From Zancudomyces culisetae HAW-14-8 (lineage: Eukaryota > Fungi > Kickxellomycota), in NCBI GenBank assembly GCA_052426225.1, contig JBNJNM010000006.1:744001-808000 (forward strand): a DNA stretch of 64,000 nucleotides. The letters are read 5' to 3'. This document shows positions 1-8,925 of this stretch, piece by piece. Position numbers and translations under genes: made by a program. Position 1 is the first letter of the stretch, and every line of letters begins with the position of its first letter. The notes under the pieces are model-generated. The model ran no database searches and was not told where the DNA came from. It saw only the letters and a list, made by a program, of their open reading frames with translations.

Positions 1-85
1 CATAATAAAATACGAGAATTTTATGTCAAGAAGCTAGTTTAAAGAAAATTTAATTAATAAAGCTAATACAAACAAGTAATTAAAA

Positions 86-2905
86 ATGAAAGTTTTAATA
101 ACTACATTAATACTTGCTTCGCTCAAAGTAGGGGTAAACGCAGCCGCGATACGCCATGAGCCAATGCAACTTAGAGGCTACGAACCAGCTACAGATCAGG
201 ATACGGCATACTCACATATGTTAGAGAATGTATACCCAGATACTACTAATGTAAAGGAGTATAACTCAGAAGTTCGTCCAAAATACTACCGAAGAAGATA
301 TGGCGGTGGTGGTGGTGGCGGTCGTGGAGGAGGTGGAGGATTTAGCGGAGGACGAGGAGGAGGTGGAGGATTTGGCGGAGGATATGGAGGCGGAGGATTT
401 AGTGGGGGACGTGGAGGCATGGGTGGATTAAGTGGGGGACGTGGAGGAGGTGGAGGATTTGGCGGAGGATATGGAGGCGGAAGATTTAGTGGGGGACGTG
501 GAGGCATGGGCGGATCTAGTGAAGGACGTGGAGGCATGGGCGGATCTAGTGAAGGACGTGGAGGCATGGGCGGATCTAGTGGAGGACGAGGAGGCATGGG
601 CGGATCTAGTGAAGGACGTGGAGGCATGGGCGGATCTAGTGGAGGACGAGGAGGCATGGGTGGATCAAGTGAAGGATATGGAGGACGTGGTGGACGTGGT
701 GGAAGTGGTGAACGTCAAGGAACTGGAGGAGCTAATGGAGACAGTGGAGGGCGTGGAGGACGTGGAGGACGCCAAGGAACCGGAGGAGCTAATGGAGATA
801 GCGCAGGACGTGATAATAACCAAATGAGCGGAGGAAGCAATGGAAATGAAGCTGGAAGCACGAGCCCAAATCAAAAAAATTCAGCACCTGAAAGCAGTAG
901 TGGAGGTGCCAATACTGCAAACGTTGGTGCCGCAAGTAGTGATTCAGGTAGAACTGCTAGAGCAATGGGAAGTGGTAGTGGTAATGGTAATGGAAACATC
1001 GGAAGTAACAATGGCAACGGCAATAGCAGTGGTAGTACTGGAAATGGTAATAACAACACTGGAAATGGTAATGGCAATGGCAACACTGGAGATAATAATG
1101 GTAATGGAAATACTGGAAATAATAATGGAAGTGGCAACACCGGAGATAGCAATGGTAATGGCAACACCGGCGATGGAAATGGCAGTACTAACAATGGAAA
1201 TAATAATGGCAGTGGAAACACCGGAAATAACAATGGTAATGACAACACTGGAAATAATAATGGTACTGGAAACGCTGGTGACAACAATGGCAATGGTAAC
1301 GCTGGAGATGGCAATGGTAATGTCAACAGTGGAAATAACAATGGCAGTGGCAACACCGGGGATAACAATGGCAATGGCAACACCGGCGATCTTAATGGAA
1401 GTGGTAACACCGGAGATAGCAATGGTAATGGCAACACCGGCGATGGAAATGGCAGTAATAACAATGGAAATAATAATGGCAGTGGAAACACTGGTGACAA
1501 CAATGGCAACGACAACACTGGTGATAATAATGGCACTGGAAACACTGGTGACAACAATGGCAATGGTAACGCTGGAGATGGCAATGGTAATGTCAACAGT
1601 GGAAATAACAATGGCAGTGGCAACACCGGGGATAACAATGGCAATGGCAACACCGGCGATCTTAATGGAAGTGGTAACACCGGAGATAGCAATGGTAATG
1701 GCAACACCGGCGATGGAAATGGCAGTAATAACAATGGAAATAATAATGGCAGTGGAAACACTGGTGACAACAATGGCAACGACAACACTGGTGATAATAA
1801 TGGCACTGGAAACACTGGTGATAACAATGGCAATGGTAACACAGGAGATGGAAATGGTAACCTTAACAGTGGAAATAATAATGGCAGTGGCAACACCGGG
1901 GATAACAATGGCAATGGCAACACCGGCGATCTTAATGGAAGTGGTAACACCGGAGATAGCAATGGTAATGGCAACACCGGAAATAGCAATGGAAGTAATA
2001 ACAATGGAAATAACAATGGCAGTGGAAACACTGGAGACAACAATGGCAATGACAACAACGGAAGTGACAACGGTAACGGCAACACCGGAGATAACAACGG
2101 TAACGGCAACACCGGAGATAACAACGGTAATGGCAACACCGGAGATAACAATGGTAATGGTAACGGTGGTGGAGGAGGAGGTGGAGGAGGTGGTGGAGGA
2201 GGTGGAGGAGGTGGAGGAGGTGGAGGAGGTGGAGGAGGTGGAGGAGGTGGAGGAGGTGGAGGAGGTGGAGGAGGTGGAGGAGGTGGAGGAGGTGGAGGAG
2301 GTGGAGGAGGTGGAGGAGGCGGAGGAGGCGGAGGAGGCGGAGGTGGAGGAGGTGGAGGTGGAGGACATGGTCATGGACATGGTCATGGTCATGGTCATGG
2401 ACATAAAGATAAGCACCGACATGGCCATGGTCACGTTGATCGCGGATACTTTGGAGTTGGCATCCCTGTGGTTGCGGATGTGGTTGCGGATGTGGTTGGC
2501 GTTCAGGCTGTTGTTGACACCTATGACACCAATAAAGACTGTGCTGATGATGAATACGGCGATGATAATAAGTGCAGTAAAACTTATACAGCCGAACCTA
2601 AAGCCTATACAGCCGAACCTAAAGCATATACAGCCGAACCTAAAGCATATACAGCCGAACCTAAAGCATATACAGCCGAACCTAAAGCCTATACAACCGA
2701 ACCTAAAGCTTATACAACCGAACCTAAAGCTTATACAACCGAACCTAAAGCTTATACAACCGAACCTAAAGCTTATACAACCGAACCTAAAGCTTATACA
2801 ACCGAACCTAAAGCTTATACAACCGTACCTAAAGCTTATACAACCGAACCTAAAGCTTATACAACCAAACTTGAAATCTACGCCACCAAAATTCAAGCTG
2901 ACTAA
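86..2905 (+). CDS. Secreted low-complexity multi-repeat protein (Gly/Asn/His/Tyr-rich), 939 aa, single exon
   Basis: ATG in AAAATG context. Hydrophobic signal peptide MKVLITTLILASLKVGVNA, then a basic RRR site (290-298). Followed by an RGG/GGM block, GN decapeptide repeats, 67 consecutive Gly, (HG)n, a Cys pair and 13 YT(A/T)EPKA heptads. This is the only frame with non-repetitive termini and a signal peptide. Confidence 0.85.
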   Translation: MKVLITTLILASLKVGVNAAAIRHEPMQLRGYEPATDQDTAYSHMLENVYPDTTNVKEYNSEVRPKYYRRRYGGGGGGGRGGGGGFSGGRGGGGGFGGGYGGGGFSGGRGGMGGLSGGRGGGGGFGGGYGGGRFSGGRGGMGGSSEGRGGMGGSSEGRGGMGGSSGGRGGMGGSSEGRGGMGGSSGGRGGMGGSSEGYGGRGGRGGSGERQGTGGANGDSGGRGGRGGRQGTGGANGDSAGRDNNQMSGGSNGNEAGSTSPNQKNSAPESSSGGANTANVGAASSDSGRTARAMGSGSGNGNGNIGSNNGNGNSSGSTGNGNNNTGNGNGNGNTGDNNGNGNTGNNNGSGNTGDSNGNGNTGDGNGSTNNGNNNGSGNTGNNNGNDNTGNNNGTGNAGDNNGNGNAGDGNGNVNSGNNNGSGNTGDNNGNGNTGDLNGSGNTGDSNGNGNTGDGNGSNNNGNNNGSGNTGDNNGNDNTGDNNGTGNTGDNNGNGNAGDGNGNVNSGNNNGSGNTGDNNGNGNTGDLNGSGNTGDSNGNGNTGDGNGSNNNGNNNGSGNTGDNNGNDNTGDNNGTGNTGDNNGNGNTGDGNGNLNSGNNNGSGNTGDNNGNGNTGDLNGSGNTGDSNGNGNTGNSNGSNNNGNNNGSGNTGDNNGNDNNGSDNGNGNTGDNNGNGNTGDNNGNGNTGDNNGNGNGGGGGGGGGGGGGGGGGGGGGGGGGGGGGGGGGGGGGGGGGGGGGGGGGGGGGGGGGGGGGGGGGGGHGHGHGHGHGHGHKDKHRHGHGHVDRGYFGVGIPVVADVVADVVGVQAVVDTYDTNKDCADDEYGDDNKCSKTYTAEPKAYTAEPKAYTAEPKAYTAEPKAYTAEPKAYTTEPKAYTTEPKAYTTEPKAYTTEPKAYTTEPKAYTTEPKAYTTVPKAYTTEPKAYTTKLEIYATKIQAD
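494..673 (+). repeat. 6 x 30-bp coding tandem repeat (GRGGMGGSS[E/G])
   Basis: GGACG(T/A)GGAGGCATGGGCGGATCTAGTG(A/G)A unit recurs at 494, 524, 554, 584, 614, 644; the last copy is slightly diverged. Confidence 0.95.
1141..2040 (+). repeat. 270-bp higher-order coding repeat (about 3.3 copies) built from 30-bp units (GNTGDNNGNG-like)
   Basis: CGGAGATAGCAATGGTAATGGCAACACCGG recurs at 1141, 1411, 1681 and 1951, a period of 270 bp (90 aa, 9 decapeptides). Confidence 0.95.
2165..2365 (+). repeat. (GGA/GGT/GGC)n tract encoding 67 consecutive glycines
   Basis: Mostly (GGTGGAGGA)n; 201 bp in frame with the 86..2905 ORF. Confidence 0.95.
2585..2857 (+). repeat. 13 x 21-bp coding tandem repeat (YT[A/T]EPKA)
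   Basis: TATACA(G/A)CCGAACCTAAAGC(C/A/T) units: 5 YTAEPKA, then 8 YTTEPKA-type, one of which is YTTVPKA. Confidence 0.95.
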
Positions 2906-5209
2906 TTATTTGAGCACACATATTTCTTTATTTTTATCCTCGATGTTGGGGTTGATACTACATTTCAAAAAGGCTTTATTTGCCGGATTTCCTCCTACGA
3001 TTCATAATTAGTAATTTGACAAATATAAGTTCATAAAAGCTAATAAATATTTAAAACATAAAAACCGTTCTGCCAAGTGCATGAAATATCCGTTTCTCAT
3101 ATTTATAAATACCTTTCTTGCCTTCTCCACCTTCCAAGACAAGGCAAATTGCGTCATAAACATACTATCTCGTTTTTTTTGCCACCCCCATCACTTTTTA
3201 ATTATTCTAGCAAAGAAGAAAGGGAAATTATTAAATAATCCACAACAAAGCAGAACAGTAAAACCATAACTAAAGACTGTTTTTTATATACAGTAGTTTG
3301 TATCTTATATATTATTGATATACTGACATACTCAAATCAAAATTTTTGGTTCATCGAAGGATGGTAAGGCTGGGGCCACAAGAAAAATGGTGCGAGTCAA
3401 CAACCAAAAAGATCTGCTCGTTTAAATGAGAAATATTCACTTTTTTGTTTATTAAACACGCTTTTATAGTGCTAATTATCAAGAAACTCAAAACATTGCA
3501 AGAGTTTTGACTATTACATTAATATGGTCAAAGATGAATTATAAAATGTGTTTGCTAGATAAACCTATTGTTGACTTGTAATAAGTAACTTGATAAAAAA
3601 AAATATACAGCATACTATGTTCATAAAAAACGCACGGGCACTAGTGCTCAGGCACTCACGTTTATGGCCAGGTATGTTACTTTTTACAAAAAACAAGGTT
3701 TTGTTCCATAGTTTTCTGGAAGAATTTGAGTAGTTGAAGGCACACAACTCTCAAGTGGTTCATTACTAACCATAATTCAGTATTCAGGTGAACTATCTTG
3801 TATCTGATGTATGACTTTATTAGTGTATAATAGCTATTAAGCGATTTGTGTTAAATGGTAAAAATATCATTAACTAGGCTGCTTAGCATTGGAGTTAATT
3901 GAGTAGAAGCCGGTAAAAAAGCGGGACCTTGTAGGCATCATTAAAAAAAAAGTGAACAGCGCTTTTAAAGCTTCCATAAAGGATATGGTTAGAGTCGAAC
4001 AAGAAAGCAGGCTTCATTTGCACCAAACTGGTTTTGTGATTTGGGAATTTTGTCAGTTTTTGTGTATTTTGCCTTTATTTTTTATTTTTTATTTTTTGGA
4101 TTCTTTTTTTCCATTTTTATCATTTTCCATTTTCTTTATACTTTTTTGGAACTCTGTAAACGTTTAGCTCTTATAGAGTCACTACTTTTTTGTGTAGCAT
4201 TCTGTTTTTCCATATATTTGCATCCATTTTTTGTCATCTCAAGCTAGGGTTGGTTCGTTTTCCTCAGTTCATAACGATTACCATCCCAATATCACTGTTC
4301 TAAATAAATACCTTTGTTTCCAAAACATAAAAAAATTATTGGATGAAACTCATCTTGAATTTATCAATTCCGCAGCAACCGAGGAAATTATCGCAAAAAA
4401 TATTTTGATTTAATTAGTAATACTGAAGCGAATAGGAGCGCAGGTGTTTTGAAAAGAGGTGAGCAAGTGGAAATGAGTTTGTTGCTTAGTTCTTATAATT
4501 AGTTGAGAGCAAAATAAATCATTTTTACTTCATGATACTTGCTTTGATTATGTAAAAATACATTGTTCTACCTTAGGATAGGTTCTGAATAATTAGTGCA
4601 AAATAATAACGAATATGTAAAACTATTTTCGCCAAATTCGAAACAAAGACAAAAAGTGCGCTAACAAAAGTAGTGGTGAAATAGATTGATTCAAAACGGA
4701 TAATTTTTTTTGAAGAAATTAAACCGAATTTTAAAGTGAGAGCATTACACCAATGGCTGCTTATATTTCATTATTAGTATGTATCTCAATTTCGGCAAAA
4801 TTATATAGCAAAGTGAGAAAATAGGAAATTCGCAAAAAGTTCAAATAGCAAAGCTCGTCATTTTATTTTTTAATTTATGTTCTCTATTTTCACGCTATTT
4901 TGGGGCTGTAAATTTTTTTTGTTAATGGGATTGAAATTGAACAATATTTAAATGGGGAAATGGTACTGGAGAAAATAAAATCACAAAATTCGTAAAAATT
5001 CGCTTCCTATTTAAAAATCGCAGTTCTAATACTACTAGTTGGTATCAGATCTGTTACAAGTTAGTTTGGTTTCAGAAGGCTCTATCTTGACCCGGCTTGA
5101 TCGTTAATAGTCGTCTAATTTTTTTGATAAAATCTAGCCATAGTAGATTTATCAAAACTTGAACCCAATAAAGGTGTTATCGAACTTGAACACTACAGTA
5201 AAAAACTTT

Positions 5210-6718
5210 ATGTTTAGTCTCCCAAAAGCTCCAGAAAGAGGATATTATTTACACGAAAATGCAAGAAAAGAGGGAATTAAGTTTGGATTTGAGAATGGAT
5301 TGGGAGGGTGTTGTGCGGGGCAGCTCGGATTCGCCGTCACACCGTTGAAAAAGCACGGACAGGTGGGTTGTGATCAGCAAGAAGCTGTACCCCGCTATAC
5401 CAGTATTTGTGATCAAACCCCTAGAAATTACTTTAGTTCTCTTCCAGCCACTTTCGCTGCAAACTCGCTTGAGAATATTGAAGATCTCACTTGTATGACA
5501 CCAATAGGTAATAATACCTTTGGCTGCTCTAACCTGGATGTTGACAGCGTTGATCGCTTCGAACTCGGTGTATATGGCGACATACTGAGATCCTCTGCCA
5601 CAATGAATGATCTAGAGACACCAATACATATGCCACGAGGGGATATTTTTGTGACAAGGGATACTGTTTCTCTTCCGACACAAAAGTGCGATTCTCTGTA
5701 TCAACAACAACCAATTGTAAATATGATTGATCCATCGGAAATACTTATGACCCCGTACACCCTTGATGCAAGATTTAAAGAATTCGATGTTGATGCAACG
5801 CCGTTGTGTGCACATTCTACCAAGATTCCGTGCGAAAATACTCTTTCTGTTCGGCTCAGAGACTCCATGGAAAATATTCAGGATGTTCAAAGCACAATCA
5901 AGAGTGTAGGGATGGATGTCTTTTTGGGTTTATCTCCTAATAACCACGCAGTCGATACGGACCGTGTGGATAACTCAAATTACTTTAACAATGGTTTGTG
6001 TACGATTAATGAGCTTACCGATGAGCAAACCGCCCTGGCGCCAACAGGAGGTGCTCATCTCTTTGCTGATCTTGACGAAATCAACATTTCTGCACTAGAA
6101 AATGATGGGGCCGGGGATGCTGTTGACAGTCGCCTGTTTGGTCGAGCCCACACTTTTATGTCTGATGGTGTTGATACCAATGATAGTCAAGTTTCTGAGG
6201 CCTCGAATAAAGAAGAGGCAGAAATACTGTCTTTGGTTCAGCCTCTATTAACTGAAGCTAAAAAAGATCCATTGTCTCGTCATGGATCTCACACGTCTGA
6301 TGCTATCTTTGATGTATTTAGCATCAGTCAGATTCTTAAGGAGGCAGAATGCACAACACTGAGTCGACAGAGTAGCGCTGTGAATCGGTTGAGTGTATTG
6401 ACTCCTATTGAGGGGCTTCAACTTCCTTTGAGTGTTAATAACAACAGCTCCAAACCAACCTCCCCCCAGAATAACGCTGATCCAGTATCGAACGTGTTCA
6501 TTGATGTGCAGAAGGATTTTTTGACTTCCCCTGTGAGTTCCGAGCGCAAGTTCATCTGCGATGTTTGTTCATGGCCCTTTGCACGAAAGCACAACATGAG
6601 GACGCACAGACTAACACATTTTAAAGATTCACCATACTCCAGACCTTTCGAATGCGAGGTTTGTTCCAAAAAGTTTACTCGTAAACATGATTTGAAGAGA
6701 CATCTAAAAATTCACTAA
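5210..6718 (+). CDS. C2H2 zinc-finger transcription factor (two C-terminal fingers, Crz1/Msn2-like layout), about 502 aa
   Basis: Fingers FICDVCSWPFARKHNMRTHRLTH and RPFECEVCSKKFTRKHDLKRHLKIH at the C-terminus, preceded by a long acidic/Ser-rich region. First in-frame ATG is 5210; the ORF track start at 5159 is TTG. Confidence 0.85.
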   Translation: MFSLPKAPERGYYLHENARKEGIKFGFENGLGGCCAGQLGFAVTPLKKHGQVGCDQQEAVPRYTSICDQTPRNYFSSLPATFAANSLENIEDLTCMTPIGNNTFGCSNLDVDSVDRFELGVYGDILRSSATMNDLETPIHMPRGDIFVTRDTVSLPTQKCDSLYQQQPIVNMIDPSEILMTPYTLDARFKEFDVDATPLCAHSTKIPCENTLSVRLRDSMENIQDVQSTIKSVGMDVFLGLSPNNHAVDTDRVDNSNYFNNGLCTINELTDEQTALAPTGGAHLFADLDEINISALENDGAGDAVDSRLFGRAHTFMSDGVDTNDSQVSEASNKEEAEILSLVQPLLTEAKKDPLSRHGSHTSDAIFDVFSISQILKEAECTTLSRQSSAVNRLSVLTPIEGLQLPLSVNNNSSKPTSPQNNADPVSNVFIDVQKDFLTSPVSSERKFICDVCSWPFARKHNMRTHRLTHFKDSPYSRPFECEVCSKKFTRKHDLKRHLKIH

Positions 6719-7790
6719 TCTCGATGCCATACCATTTATATTTCTATTTGTATTTATTTTTTCTTATTTTTTTCCCTCAAGTATTTATTATACCTAATTG
6801 AATAAAAGGATAGGGTTTGATAGATGTTAAAGCGATACTCCGCATTAAATCTATTTCCGCTAATATATTTATGGGTGAAGACGACTGGATCTTTAATTGT
6901 CCATGCTACTGCCTTCATGTATGTGTACCACTTGTGTGTGACAGCAGGGGTAGTGGGGTATTGTATAATTTCTTGTACTTTTTCCCCCCAACACCCCGCC
7001 TAACTTTATTTTTTATGGAAAAGTTCAATCTATATAATTTAGGTGGCTTAAATGTCTTCTTTCCACTCATTTTTTCTATTTAGAGCAAATTGAACTGAAC
7101 CAAAATGCGCACGGATGGTGAGGATGTACAAAAGTATCCTTTTTTTACTGGTTTTGTATTTCTTGGGTCTGAAATAATATGCTAAAAATAATGATAGATA
7201 AACGAACGAACGCATTAATTAAACTTTAATACACATTTGTTTGCAAATAAAATAGCCTGCAAAATTTTTATTGGCAAACTTTAAATGGTGCACATTAAAG
7301 CGGTACCAGCAAAAGCCTATAAGAGCTGGGGATATCTAACCCAGCCTTATGCAAAACATAAACTTGCGCACATTAACATGAAGGCGCCTTGTATGTACAT
7401 ATATAAGTTTATTTGCATGTATCCACCAATCACAGTATTATAAAGTTGAAGTTTCAATGCTCACCTCCCTTTTTAAAATATATTTTGGCGCTTTGCCCTT
7501 TACTCAGATACCCCTAGCAGTTTGTTGGTTTAGCGGTTTGCTGAAAGACTTAGATATACGTTGTATCCTATTACCCGTCCATTATTTCTTTATTTTTCCG
7601 CTTTATTTAAGTCTCACTACTGTGAGCATTGATTTTTGTTTATCATCAAATAACCAAATAATTTTTTCCGAATATTGTGTTATAGTATTGAGTAGACTCA
7701 CGTATAAGCTAGTATTAATCCACAGAGAGATAACCTCCCACAGGAAAGTTTGATATTCAGAAATTATATAGCGTGAAAATAAGCTGAATT

Positions 7791-8893
7791 ATGAGTGTTA
7801 TAAAGACCGATAGAAACAAAGAAGGTAGGGACCATGCCAATCTATGCCTAACAAAATTTCTGGAAACGGAAGCGGGGCTAGGAGAGATATCGATTTTTCA
7901 TTTGGGTAAGAGTTGAATTCGCTTCAGTTGAAATATCAATATTGTATATTCTTTGTATATCATTCTAAATAACCTCTAAACACTATTAAGAATAAGGTGA
8001 GCTTATTCTCAAAAAATCAAAGTAAAAAGACAAGATAGAACTTTGTTCTATTATATCCTTGTATAAATAGATAAACTACAATTCTTACCACTGGAGCTCA
8101 AACTGAAGCTAACAGAGGCGTTTACGTTTGATTTCCAAAGTAGAAGTCGCAATGCAGAACTGGAAAAGTCGAAAATACCTTCAAAACTGGCGGATAGTGA
8201 CGAGAATACGCATTATAATGCATTTGCTAGTGTAGGTCAGCTAGAATGGGCACTGAGAGGTGTTGAGCTGGGGTTATTACTTCCACTCGAAAATCACGAG
8301 ACAATTAAAAAGTCGTTGCAAATTATCCAAAACACGCTCTTTCATTTAAAAACAAAAGACTTCGAGTCAGGATCTTTTAATGAAGATACAGGCGCTAGAA
8401 ACGAGCTTCTTGGTGAAGGCTTTTTACGCTTATTTAGAGAACTCTCTCACATTTTTATGGTTAGAACGTTTTTCAAGCAGAATTATGACAAATTCGTTGA
8501 AAAAGTTTTCAAGAGCCAGGATAAAATTCAACAAGAGGGGTTAGACTGTGCTTTCAAGCTTGCGAAAAACACAAAAAATATATTAAAGCCAAACAGCAAG
8601 ATATCGAAATCTGGTGAATGTGATGATTCAAGCTTGAGAACATTGATTTCAAAAAACTCGAGTTCCAATCGTTCTGATGTTACAGTTGGTGTGAAGTTGT
8701 GTGATTTTGATATCACATATAAAGAGAACCTGATAGCGACTGATGCTGCTTCAGAAAACAACCTCTTAAAATATGAAGATACGTTATCGAGAGGGCACAT
8801 GCTGGTTCGTTCCACTACCGATTTCTCACTATTGCAGAATGTTACTCACCAAGGTCCGATAACACACAGCAACAACAACAACAACAACAGCAG

Positions 8894-8925
<32 letters not shown>

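Noticed and set aside
2585-2857. Regular short direct repeats superficially like a CRISPR array
   Set aside because: No unique spacers, period is a multiple of 3, inside a eukaryotic CDS, and no cas genes.
286-3011. Long overlapping ORFs (840..3011 +, 871..2151 -, 944..2896 -, 286..657 -)
   Set aside because: Shadow frames of the GGN/AAY codon repeats, which lack stops in other frames; they have no independent domain or signal features.
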